The position numbers and the translations under genes were made by a program. A DNA stretch of 64,000 nucleotides from the human T2T-CHM13v2.0 reference genome, Homo sapiens. Location: NCBI RefSeq assembly GCF_009914755.1, contig NC_060930.1; one strand, 5' to 3'. This document shows, in pieces, positions 12,741-25,530 of this stretch. A model generated the notes under the pieces. It was not told the origin of the DNA, made no database searches, and saw only the letters and a list, made by a program, of their open reading frames with translations. Each line of letters starts with the position of its first letter. Positions within the stretch are counted from its first letter, which is position 1.

Positions 12741-13570
12741 CTCTGAAAGCTTCAGGAAGCCCCCAAGTATCATGCAACATCGATATCCAAGACCAAGGCC
12801 TCAGAAAAATTAAAGCCTGCTGATTTTGAAAATTGGGTTTCTCAGGTTTCTGTAAAGGTTAACTTATTTCCAACTAAATAAGAAAAAAACAAGATTATTT
12901 CAGATTCATAGTCAGCCTTAGCTCTGGTTCCTGAAGTAAAATTTCTCACTTTATATTTTGCCACTTGGTTGTTAAATCTTTTGTGAAACCATATACATAT
13001 ATGATCATGTATAGCATATATAGCACATATTTTACTAATATGTCTTTAAAAAAGGATGCTTGCCATAGTAAATAAACAGTAATATGATATTAAAACTCAA
13101 GTAAGTGCCAAATATTCCTTTTCTGGAAGGGTAAAATTTTAACCATATATTCCCAATATGATTTACTTTCTCATAAATGTATTAATAAATTGCTAATTAC
13201 ACATATGTAGTGCAATACTAATGTAATAAATATTATCTACATAATAAAACATAGAAAAAGAAAATTTTCAAGGAATAGAATAAAAATAAGGAAAAATAAA
13301 GGTTTTGACATTTTCTATTTGTTCTTCAGTAAGTCATCATTCAAACCTATGTTGGAAGCCCCCTACTTACTTAGACAGCTAAGACAGATCTACACCCCCA
13401 TGCTTCTGTGCTCTGTGCAATTGCATGTAGATGTCTGTACACCTTTCATTAAACCAAATCAACTAAAGGAAGAGGAAAAGAGATAAGGAGAGTGGTGAGG
13501 TAACACACCTGTGGTGGGCTTTGTAGCCAATAAGAAGCTGAGGCAATAGAGCTGGATGGGAGAAGACACC

Positions 13571-13971
13571 TGTTAAATGAAGTTTAGCCTGAAGCTGCCT
13601 CCTTACATATTTTAAGTCTGGCTTAAAGGCTTCTCTGCATATAGTTAATTGTAACCTAACTAGATATGTAAACAGACTGTAACCTACTCTTGTGCCAATC
13701 ACAGAGTTTCAGCCAGTCAAAGGCGACCAACTGATCAAACTGTGTGCAAAAAAGGCAAATGCTAAGCTGTAACCAATCTGGCCATTTCTGTACCTCATTC
13801 CTATTTTCTGTATATCACTTTCCTTTTTCTGTCCATAAATCCTCTGCCACATGGCTGCACGAGAGCCTCTTTGAGCCTACTGTGGCTCAGGAGGCTGCCC
13901 AATTTGCAAACGGTTCTTTGCTCAATTAAACTCTGTTAAATTTAATTTGTCTTAAGGTTTTTCTTTGAAAA
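13571..13971 (+). mobile_element. ERV1 solo LTR, MER57 family
   Basis: tgttaaatgaagtttagcctgaagctgcctccttacatattttaagt...ctcaattaaactctgttaaatttaatttg; near-TSD cacc/tacc. Confidence 0.9.
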
Positions 13972-15626
13972 TACCCTTCCCTCCACTCCCTGGGGTCAAT
14001 GTGAGGGTGAAGGAAAACATAAATTATGAACCAAGCTCTTGACCCTCTTTGTAGTACATGAAAAGCAACCTGGGGTGAAGGCAGGGATAGATACAGGACG
14101 TTTTATCCGAGGAGCAAGAGAGAGTCATGGGGCTTCCAGGATAGCCTTGGCCCCAGAAGTTCTTTCCCATATTACCAGAACTCTGGGATCTTAGGGACAG
14201 ATTTGTTTTTTGAGGGGTTTTTTTCCCATTTTTCTCTAGGAGCATTTAGAAGTCAGCAATTTGGGAACCACTCTACATAAGGTATGTGCCTCTATTTCCT
14301 TACTACAGGTGATCTTGCTAAATGTAAACCCTATTCACAAAATGTGTGTCATCATAGGATCTTGCCCACTTCTCTTTTCCGCAGGATTTAGTAAGAAAAA
14401 AAAAATGCTATTGTGGTGAAGATTGGAATTATCAATACCTCAACCTATGGGAGGAAACTCTGCTGTAGACACCCATCCCCCTAGATTTCTCAAGAAGAAG
14501 GAGCTGCCACACACTACTTCCTGCCCTATGATATACTGAGGGGAGAGGGAAGGGGACTGGTGTGTCAGTTTCAGAGTTTTGATTCAGGACTACAGCCGTG
14601 TCCCCAGAGCAAACACCCCAAGGCATTCAGCCTCACTATGCCAACAGCAATCATTCCTGCTGATCCAACACACGTTCACCGATTATGAATGAATGAGAGC
14701 GGCTGGGATTTAATCAGCACTCTATTCAATCCACCATGCCTCCATCCATTCATTCACTCACTCGCTCACTCCTCTAACAAATAAACAAAGAACTTCTACT
14801 CTTCTGGAGCTTCCCTGGACACAGGAAGCACAAAGATGAGAAGGCCCCATTGGTGCCAATAACATTCTGGAAGACAGCAGAGAAGTGCCTGCCATTTGCA
14901 CTGCTGACCACAGCCCAGACAGCCTGGGCAGAGTGCAGAACATTCACCACCTCCGTGCGTGGGCTATACAGACACCATCTCTCCACACACTACTGCTGCC
15001 TGAAAAATGCAGTCAGATGGGTTGTCATTAAGCCTGACAAAAACCCAGCACCATCTAGGTAAGAGCAATGTTTTTTATCCAGACACTAAATTGCAATCAG
15101 GTTACGTTATCATGTAAATAAAGAGGCAAACAGATGGTTTCAAACGAGATCCAGGGCTTTCAGAGCATTGCCGATGTTACAAATGAAGAAAAGCAAGGAC
15201 AAGCCATTAGACACAGAGCGGGCCCTGGAGTGCACAGCAGCCCAACAAACAGAATCCTGGCCTGGATAATGCAGCCAAAACAAAAGGCAGTCACTTACTG
15301 CTTGCAATTGTTTGTTAATCAAATACCACTAATTTCCAAATCTGGGCAAATGCTCTGAGAAACATATATTCATACTTTTTCCATAAAATATATTTTGCAA
15401 CGGTGTCATCTGTGTATATCACCATGACCCTTAATAACACAGCTTTTTAAAGGCTCTGTTTTATTTCCTCCCACATGTTTAAATAGGAACAGTGTAATGA
15501 ACTAGACAGACTCAGGGAATCCAGAGGCCTAGATTTGACTCTACTGTCTCTGTTATCTCTGAGCTCTTTCTTGGGCATGCCCTCTCGCGATCATTTCCCT
15601 CAACTGTAAAATGTGAAAACAAAAAA

Positions 15627-16096
15627 TGTGGCCAAGGCCATTAGCTGCTTCCCAGTATTTATTTTATCCTCCCTTAGTAATAAGAACTCCAATTTTTAGC
15701 TGAATAGTTTGTCACCTAGCCAAAAGACTACATTTCCCAGCTTCCTTTCCAGGTAGAAGTGGCCATGTGGCTAAGTTTACACTATTAAGATGTAAACAGA
15801 AGTGTCATGTGATAAATAAAAGAAGAATCCTTTCTCCTTTCTGCTGCCTGGAATGCGGCTGCAATGGCTGGTGCTCCAGCACATTGATGGACCACCGAGT
15901 GACTTTGGAAATAGAAAAAACACTGGAGGACAAAAAGGTAGAAGGGGTCCAAGTCCCTGACACCATGGAACAGATTTTTATGTAAGAGAGATGTAAACTG
16001 ACATATCTATCAACCTCGTACCATAATAACAATTTTTAATAAAAATAATAATTTTCAGGGTTTTTGTATTCACAGAAGACTTAATCTTCCTAATAC
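15627..16096 (+). mobile_element. Old ERVL LTR (LTR33-like)
   Basis: aagactacatttcccagcttcc...ggccatgtggctaagtt and ctgcctggaatgcggctgcaatggctgg blocks. Confidence 0.7.
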
Positions 16097-16569
16097 CTGG
16101 ATACCCAAACCCCTAATTCTTAATACCTGGACACCAAAACTCCCAGAATGGTCGTGAGTGTTAAATTAGGTGTGAGAACTCTTTGTACTCAAAATGTTTC
16201 CCTGAATCCTCAGCATGATAAGCTGCTCTGTGAATAAAAGTGTTACACGATCAAACATGCTGGAGAACAGCTTGTACTATATCCCCCTCCGAAAGTTATA
16301 CAACCCATATTGTCATATAAAAGGATTTGAAAAGACCAGAAACAAAAAAAAGTATTTATCTGTGCTTAGTCCAAAATTTTTCAAATTTGTTTGACTTACT
16401 TTTTTTTCCATGTGATGCTTACAGGGAGCTAGTTTCAGAGGAAACACTTTGAGAAATCCTGGGTAAATTTCTTACCAGTAATAGCTAATATCTAAATTGT
16501 TGCTTTTAGCCTTCAAATATGAATTGTAATTGAATTTACTTCTATGCCAGTCCAGGTCCAGGTCTTACA

Positions 16570-16790
16570 GTATATGCTTTCATTACTCTCTGAATGTTTC
16601 CTATAGCACATTTGTTAGTCGTATTCATTTTTAACTACATGCAATTACATTTCTATCTCCCCAGCTAGGCAGTATGTTCCAGGTGGGTCTCAGAACTATT
16701 TTGCTCATTATTTTATCTCCAACATGAGGCAAAGTGGCACATAATAAGTTATGCACCCAGTAAATAGTTGCTGAATAAATGCATGATTTC
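16570..16790 (+). mobile_element. L2 3' end
   Basis: tctccccagctagg...cagtaaatagttgctgaataaatg terminus. Confidence 0.65.
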
Positions 16791-17074
16791 TGAACTCTGT
16801 TTTCATATCACACATTATGCAAACAGCAGTGATGGAATAAATGTAAATCAATTTTGGCTTTGCGAGGGGTTTTAATCTCTTTTAGCTCTCTTGGATGGCA
16901 TTTGGACCATTAGCTCCACCAGTGCCTATGTATATACTCTTAATGAACTGAACATTAGAATGTCCCTTCTAAGTATCATTATTTAGTAAACATAAGAAAT
17001 CCTGAGTAACATTGACCTAAAAATAAAATAGGAGATTTTTAACGTACTTGCAGATAAAGAAAATATCAGAATTC

Positions 17075-17505
17075 TCACCAAGACCCATTACTGGGTTCAA
17101 CTGGTCTGGATATCCAAGATAGATCACTTACATAGCTGGAAGCTGAGATTGGCTCTTGGCTACAGCTTATCTCCATCTGGGGCTGCCAAGCAGTGCACAA
17201 AAATGACCTTTCCATATGATTTAGATTCCCATAGCCTAAGGTATGTGTTCCAAAGGAAACACCCCAATGGCAAATGAGACTTCTAGGCAAAAGGATCTTC
17301 TAATGCAAGGGTTCTTGTGACCTAGCCTTCAAAATCCCAGAACATTATTCTATTAATACAGTCTGTCAGTCCATCTAGTCACAAAGGCCAGCACAGATTC
17401 CAGGGGAGGGCAGGAAGCTCTATGTCCCTATAGAAGGAGCAGCAAGCATTTATAGGAAGGAACAAAATTTATGGTAGCCCTTTTTGGAGAATTTCTGCAA
17501 TAATG
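17075..17505 (-). mobile_element. ERVL-MaLR LTR (MLT1 family), degraded
   Basis: tccaagatagatcacttacatagctgg...agtcacaaaggccagcacagattccagggg, typical reverse MLT1. Confidence 0.7.
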
Positions 17506-17589
17506 ACATTGAAACTACGATACCTATTAGAACCAGTGCTAGGTACTGTTACTCAACCTTCTAACAGAGGAGCATATTATATCACATTT

Positions 17590-17741
17590 TATTTTAATAT
17601 TTTGATAACCATATCAATATAACTGATTTCTTTTATAATCCTACTTTATTTTATGTATCAAAAAAATTATTTAGAGAATGGGTCTAGGCTTTACCAGACT
17701 GCCAAAGGGATCTGGGACATATAAAATGTTAAGAACCCTTG
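17590..17741. mobile_element. hAT-Charlie DNA transposon end (Charlie4z-like)
   Basis: ggctttaccagactgccaaaggg...aaatgttaagaacccttg terminal motif. Confidence 0.7.
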
Positions 17742-18352
17742 AGCTGCTTAATAGTGTGGTAACCTAAGGGTTAGCAATGAGCCAACTATGCCATTCCTGC
17801 CCCTGCTGGCCTGCCTGTACCTACAAAGACCTTGTCACTTCAGCAAAGTTCTTATCTCTAAACCTCTGTACATGAGGAAACTCCAAAAGCTCCCTCAAGG
17901 GAGTATAATCAACTCAAGAAATGGCAACTGTACCCAAACCAATGATTGGGAAATCATGAATTATTTAATTTTACATTCCAAAAATATCTGCATGGAAAAC
18001 AGACCATAAAGAGAAAAAAAGTAATTCAATGAGAACACGTGAAAAAAGCCCTGCTCTGCATTAAAAACTCCCACGGGCAGCTGCTCCTTGCTTGGCTTGT
18101 ACTTCCCAACCCCAACCAGGGGGGTAAAATACATATGCAATCACTCAGTTTCCCTTCTTTTGTAAGAAAGGCCTTGGTAACACTCCTCAAAGAATATTAA
18201 TTCCATGAGACAAAGTTCTTAGGGCAATAAAACTAGGTAAAATATGTTTATGCATTTTAATCAGGGGAAATTTTTATTAACCCTCAGCAAACTTGTTGCA
18301 GTGCAAATCATAGAATATGGGGTTGGCACAAACTTTAATGGTGATTTCTTAG

Positions 18353-18467
18353 TAGGGTGACCCAATCATTCTGGTTTGCCTCAGACTTCCCAGGTTTTAT
18401 CACTGAAAGTCCTATGTCCCAGGAAACACCCTCAGTCCTGGATAAACCAGGGTAGCAGGTCATTCTC
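18353..18467. mobile_element. MER81 (hAT-Blackjack MITE)
   Basis: tagggtgacc...cactgaaagtcc...ctcagtcctggataaaccaggg...ggtcattct; about 115 bp with imperfect TIRs. Confidence 0.8.
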
Positions 18468-18760
18468 TTTACCAATGATTTTAAAGACATTAGTTCCTGA
18501 TATTTATGTCTCCAAATAAATATTAAAACCTATGGATGCCACTGTCGGTATTCCAGAACTGAAAGGAATTAACCAATTAGCTCTGATAGAGTAATGTTGC
18601 CTGTTTTAAATAACATGGACTTCAATTCTTACCTCCAGGATTGAACTCATTCTAAGAGTTATACATAATCTCCTAAATTTTAAAACAAAATATATTTTGT
18701 ATTGTGTTGTGTTTTTGTAATACTCTACTTTTAGGAAATGACAGGGATTCAGTGATTTCA

Positions 18761-19043
18761 TTTTTTGTTTGTTTGTTTGTTTGTTTTTTGAGACGGAGTC
18801 TCGCTCTGTCACCCAGGCTGAAGCGCTCCACCTCCTGGGTTCAAGTGATTCTCATGCCTCAGCCTCCCAAGTAGCTGGGATTACAGGCGCACACCACCAC
18901 ACCAGGCTAATTTTTGTATTTTTAGTAGAGACAGGGTTTCACCATGTTGGCCAGGCTGGTCTCAAACTCCTGACCTCAAGTGATCCGCCTGCCTCGGACT
19001 CCCAAAGTGCTGGGATTACAGGCGTGAGCCACTCCACCTGGCT
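18761..19043 (-). mobile_element. AluS (Sz-like) with (TTTG)n tail and an about 28-bp deletion in the right arm
   Basis: Dimeric Alu; ggctgaagcgc|tccacctcc lacks the consensus agtggcgcgatctcggctcactgcaacc. Confidence 0.95.
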
Positions 19044-22000
19044 GACAGTAATTCCTTAAATGACATAACCTATTCTATTTTCCAAATCAAGCTGATTGAG
19101 CTATACACATTAACCAGTTTGGTGGGACTGAGCCTATTACCTGAGCCTATTAATTTAGAACACCGGGCAGTACTGTAACCAGAAAGTGACCAGGGACACA
19201 ACCTGGCTGCCACCTTAAAAGTCTGCTCATGGGCAGTAATGGTTTTTAATTTTAACAAAGATATGGGTATCCTTGAAGACACCGATACAATCCAGATGTG
19301 TGAAACTATAAAACAAGCAAGAGATGTTACATTAGATTTTGCATTTAATTAGTGGGAGCCTGCACAGAGGATATAGTTTATTCTCAAGCAATTTCCAAAT
19401 TACCATCCTCCTTGTCCTCCTTGGAAAATTTACTGTTAACCACCTCCATCATCGTGGTATTGCTCCTTTCCTGCCTTGCCTTCTGCTGTCCTGGTTCTAA
19501 TTTCATGACTACTCGTTCTATGATATCTCTTCCTGAAACTTAAATTAGCATTGCCCTAAGATGCTGACTTCTACCCAATCCTTATATCTCTCTGCAATAG
19601 CTCTCATATGAGTCCTAACCCCCATTCAATACTCAAGGCTTCCTTAGTCAATTCTTCTGAGAATTACCAAATTGCAATCCAGATTCTCAATTGGCCTTCC
19701 TTTCAATCTTCTGGTCCACATTTCCCGTTACCATCTAGGCATCTGCACATGAACCTGAGTATATGACTATAATGGAATTTATTATCCTCCCTGCTAAACC
19801 TACTCCTTTACATGCATCCTCTATTTCTATTGATGGTACCCCTAGGCATTCACCTGTGTGCAAAAGTTCTGGTCATCTTCTCAGCTCATTTTTCTTTATT
19901 TTTTTACAATCGATAAATTGTTAACCCTATCAATTCTGCTTTCCCATCAAGTTTATGGTACTTATTATATTTTTCCATAGCAGCCATCATTGCATTTACT
20001 GCTACTATATAGCTTGTAATTTGTATTGTTAAGGTCAAAGTATACTTGAAATCCTGGGGAAAGTAATGCATAGTTTCTTTAAGAAATAGTTGTAAACTGC
20101 TGCTGAAAGTTTGTACAGGTTAAGTAAGAGAAAGAAGTTGCTATAGTAGCAAAAAAAAAAAAAAATTATACCTATTGCAACTAAAGGAAAGCATCATAGG
20201 TGTTTTACAGGAATACCTGCTAGAATCCTCTCAGGCTACAACAGAAGGTGCCCAATACGGTCACACCTCTGGGAGACTGAGGTGGAGTATTTGAAATCAT
20301 AAAAGTAGTTATTCTCTAGATGGGAGCACATACCAAAATAAAACCCGAGTCTCTTATATACTTCATGCTTGCCAATTACCGCCACCCCATGATCTTTACA
20401 TCCTGGGGACGTGTGCCCCTCCTAGAAAATTACTATGATCCATGATGCTAATGCTAATGGACCATGACAATGAGTGTGTTTCTCAGGTGAGTGAAAACAA
20501 GAAAAGGTTTGTAAAAGTCCTCTATTAGAGTAAAACTCGAATTAGTTCCAGCAAGTTAGCAAGCCATAAAGAGTGTCAAGGCCTACCTGACTTTGGATCC
20601 CAAGAGTAGACCCTAAGTGAGTTCTAATTAGCCAGAAACAAATGCCATGACTGATTCAAGCAGACATGGACAAATTAAGATTGGAAAAAGAATCTCAACC
20701 TATTTCAATATATTTATATTTTTATGTTTATTCTGTCACAGGGAAAAATGCACTGCTATTTTAATCGAAATTTCATTTTTATGAAGAAAAGCATATATAG
20801 TTGAGGGAAAAATTCTTTTTAATTCCCACTCCTAATTGTCCACCCTGGCAAAAGCACTGTGTCACAGATCTTGGTTAGAAAGTTTAGGGGACTGCTGCTA
20901 CTCATTTGGGAGCATCCGTTTGAATCGTGGTCATTGCAACTAGAAGGAACTCCCTAGCCTCAAAGTGTTTTGTCTCAAAATTCAATCCTATTTTAGGAAC
21001 AAAACAAATAAATCAATAGTAGTCCCTTTAATAAATTTTAGGGGTCAACTTAAAACACTGGGTTGAAGCATGGGGACTAAAATTTCACTCAGCTTTGGTA
21101 TAAAACATCATATAAGTTTGGGCAATAATCTTAACATATGTCATAGCATTTTACAATTTATAAAACACATTATTATTTAGATTATTATTAGTTGGATTAG
21201 AAAGCCACTACATTTCCTGCCAAATCAACAATTCTATGTGTCTATAATTTACATATATATTAATATTTATAAGTAAATCCACCTCAAAAGAAAACAAATA
21301 AATTACTAGGTAATCAGTTCATCAAGGGACTCCATATAGCAAAGCACTTTATACTTAGACTGCTTTAAATTGTAAGTTTCTATAGTATATTTTTAAATGA
21401 TTTGATATATGAAAAGTTTATTTACATTCATCATTTCAAAGATAAACTGCTTGGGGATGTTGGTGAGAACACCTGCTCTGTGGAGTCTGAAATTCTTCCT
21501 TCCAGTGGTGAGGACACGACTTTGACATCCTTAAAGCAAGGTTCACTAAGGTCTATGATTCTCTCTAAGAAATTGCCTAAAAGGAAGGAGAAATAGACAG
21601 TTTCCAAAGATCCTTTCATCTTTGACTTCAGGTTTTCTTTTTATTTATTTTTATTGGAAAATAATGTTGATTAAAGTTTTTAGGTCAAAAGTAGCTTAAA
21701 GAACAGCTTTTCCATTCACTTTCTAAAGAAGGTCAAAGGAAAGTTCAACTGTTGTCTCCCTGGATCTTTAATGTCTACCCTGAAAGAAAATGCTCGAAAT
21801 ATGTTTCCTTCATGTCTTTCCTCATCCCACCATATCCCTCTCTTCTAAGAAGAGGCTCTGGTCACACATGTAAAGATTTGACCACAAGTTGCAGTTCAAC
21901 AACTACCGTCCATTCCCACTGCAAAGTGAGCAATTCCAAATTGGGGGCCCAATTATGTTTGGAGAGTTGACAAATACCACTTTCAGGCAGAGAAGAGGTG

Positions 22001-22249
22001 GTGTAATTAACACTAAGCATTATAGGTAAAAATAAAATAAAATAAAGAAACTAAAACCCTTTGAATAGTCTGTCTCCTGGTGTTCTGTAATTTCTTATTC
22101 ATGCAAGCCAACAGAGTCTAAATAAAGTCTGTCCAGACAGGGAAGACAGCACAAATTTAGCAGGCTCTAAAGCACTTTTTGAATTAAGTCAGGTACATCT
22201 GCTTTTAATTACATACATGCATATATGCTTACACACATAAACACATACA

Positions 22250-22820
22250 CAGAGGTAGATTAAAGACAGCTGCAAATTCTTAGCTATTCCTCCTATTGAG
22301 AGGTGGAACCTAATTCTTCTCTCCTAAATCTAGGCTGACCTCAGGACCTTGCTTGACCAAGAAGTTGATGGCCATGATATTCTGAGCTTGCCAGAGCCAG
22401 CTTAGAAGGCATGTGGCTTCCACACAGGTCTCTTGGACCACTTACTTTTGGAACACCTTTCTTAGGCTATTCTTTCTTGGAATCCAGCCATCATGCTGTG
22501 AGGAAGCCCAAGCAGCCCCATAATAAACCCATGAGGAGAGGAACTGAGGCCTCTTAGTTGATTATCCTAAGCTCCCAGCCAATAACCAGCATCAAGGCCC
22601 AGCCATATGAATGACCCATCTTAAAGGCATCTAAAGGCAGCCAAGGTGAGCCTTTCAATGACCACAGTCCAGCCACTATCTAACTATAATGCATGGAAGA
22701 ACCCAAATTAGAACACCTCGGCCTCGCCTTTCCCCATAAAATTGTAAGCAAAATAAAATGTGTGTTTTATGCTGTTAGGTTTCTGGGTGGTTTGCCAGGT
22801 AATGATACAGTTTCAGAACA
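22250..22820 (+). mobile_element. ERVL-MaLR LTR (MLT1G/H-like)
   Basis: gattaaagacagctgcaaattctt...ctcctattgagaggtgg...catgctgtgaggaagcccaagc...aaaataaaatg. Confidence 0.85.
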
Positions 22821-24399
22821 CCCACTCCACTTGTCACCATTCTGATGCCACACATTACAAAAAGGACCCCAGTAGCTGAAGCCCAAATTTCTTCCCTTCC
22901 CACTTGCTAATCCAGAATAAGTGGGGTGGTGGGCTTTACTGCTTTTATGTCCCATCCAAAAGGTACAAGACCAAAATTTGAGAACTACACAAGCTATAGA
23001 AACATCACCAATATTTGTTTGGTTTCTAATTGGTGTTGTAGACCTACATCTCTGCTATAATTCAGTATGAAATACTGAATTACATATAATCTCAGATAAG
23101 AAAAAGGTGAATGAAGTCAATAGTTTTATAATCACAAGATTTCATAGAATTCCTCCCCTCAAAAATTACTTTCTGATTTATGATCATCTTGCTTCATATC
23201 ACCAACCTATTATGATCTTTTGCAATTTAACAAGGAGGTGCATTACATATTGCCATCTTTGAACATCACACGACTTTGATAAGCTTCTCTGGCATTTAAG
23301 GTACTGAATATTAAAAATCAGAACAAACAGAAGAGCTATTATAAAAGAAAAACAGTACTCTCCCATTCATGTCTTCAAATAAGGACAGTTCAAAGTAATA
23401 TACAAAATGTAACAGTGAATTCTACCACACACATAAACACACAAAGATGCTGGAGGCTACATGATATCATATTTGCACCCTTCAAAACAGAATCCTGAGA
23501 AAGCACTGGAGGCATCTTACACAAATCCACTCTGGTCAGTTTAGAACAAGGCATAGAGCAGAAGCTAGAGGGATCTTTTGCCATTTGACCAGCTATTCTT
23601 TATGAAGGTTTGAGATTTGCGTAGTAAGGCAGAACTTGTTCCTACTACTTAAGAAGTTGAGAATGCATTCAGGCCAATTTTTCCAATATTTAGAAAGCAA
23701 AGACAGTCAGATACACTTACTTGTTGAAGCAAAGTTATCACGAACTTAAACTACAAGAGCAAATTCTTAATGATTACCTCAGCTTACTCCATATAATACC
23801 ACAGAGAAGAATTTACAGTTCTTTCAAAATCCAATGTCCATAAAGATAGAACGCCTTGAAGGAAAATGGTACCATACTTAAGATAGTGATGTCTTTTATT
23901 AGTACAGTAAAGTCCTATTTTTATGGAATAGGATGGGTCTGAGGTCATTCCATAAAATTGATTTCCCAGAAAATGGAAATAGGCAATTTACCCTAAGAAT
24001 TTTATTGAAAAATTATGCTATTCTATTTGAATAATGATGGGAATGTTCTACACGTTTCCTTTATTAATGAATTAAAATACACAAAACACCATAAAATTAT
24101 ATTAGAGGTTCAAAAGTATCACTTAAATCTTTTTTACCAGTCACTTTCATTTTGTAAAATCAGCAGTTCCATTAAAATCGTATTATGTAAAAATGGGTTT
24201 TTACTGTAATAATAGTTATTACCTATTTAGCTCCCAAGGATGTTGTGAAAATTAAATAATAAGCCATTGGAAAGCAAATACAAAGTGTTGCTAATACCAG
24301 AGGCCAAGAGGGGCAGCCAGATGGAAAAATGAAGGAAAAGAGCACCTGATACATTACAAATCACAGCTTTCATCTGTAATTCCATTACCGCCAAAACTC

Positions 24400-24900
24400 T
24401 ATGCGTTGGTCATGTGCACTGATGTTATCTCATTTCATCTTTCTTAACATTATATTAATTATAGCCCTAATGTTATAAATAAAGGTCAGAAAGGTTTACA
24501 GCTTGTCCAATGTCACACCGTTGTAAATGTCAGAAGCCAAATGTGAACCCCAGGTTTATCCTAGTCGACAGCTCATCCTATATCCTGAAGGATCCCCAAT
24601 ATACCCTTGTGTCTCATAACTGCCCCTCTAATTCTTACCTCATCTTTCAAAATTCACTTCAAATGCCTCTTCTTCCATGAAGCCACCTTTACCCTAGAGA
24701 CACTATGATTCTAAACACATTCAGTATTTATTATGGCTATTTGTTGTATTATTGTGCATTATGTGTTTTATTAACCCAGCAAAATCCCTGGCTGGTCACA
24801 GTTGTATGGAACTTGACTTTGGGTTCCCAGATCATGAGCGCTTGGAACTGTGCCTTGAACAGAGTGAATGTTTGGTAAATATTTGCTAAACTGAACTGGA
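24400..24900. mobile_element. MIR (minus, about 24400-24580) followed by L2 3' end (plus, about 24630-24900)
   Basis: gcttgtccaatgtcacac...tgaacccagg (MIR); atgcctcttcttccatgaagcc...taaatatttgctaaactgaa (L2). Confidence 0.6.
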
Positions 24901-25269
24901 AAGGGGTGTTCATTTGAATTACAACTACATCTGCTACCAGATGCAAAGCAAATGCTTTTACTAATGGTTCATTGCATTAGAATGGTTCTAATGCAATGGT
25001 TCATTGCATTGCATACCTCTTTGGGAAGTATCTCCAGTTTTTCCAAGCATGTGTGATAAGATTAAATACCTCAAGCAGTGTATCTGACATACAGGAGATA
25101 CTCAACAAATAATAGTTTTTTATTTTATTTTTGTTTTATTTCAAGTTAAGAATGCGGATGGTAAGAGAAGAATGTGGAGGGGCATAAATTCAGTATAATA
25201 TATAGTCTAATTTGGAGATATCAGAGCAGGTATTGATGGTAAGTTTTTTTGAAAAAAGAAAGATACAAT

Positions 25270-25530
25270 GAAGAGTTAGAACTCTTGATTTAAATTCTCT
25301 GATTTCCTGCAAAGCTTCTTTACTTACTGGCTGGGTAAAACTTGAGCAAGTTACCCTCTCTGCATCCCAGATTTTTCATCTGTAAAAACAGGGATAATAA
25401 CAGAATCCACTTATAGAGTGGTAGTGAGAATTATATGAAAAAAAAATCCTTGTAAAATACTTAGTATGGTGCATGTCACACACCAAGCACTCAAGTTATA
25501 GTTGCTACTATCACCATCATTACTATCATC
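25270..25530 (+). mobile_element. MIR
   Basis: cttgagcaagtta...tttttcatctgtaaaaacagggataataa core. Confidence 0.8.
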
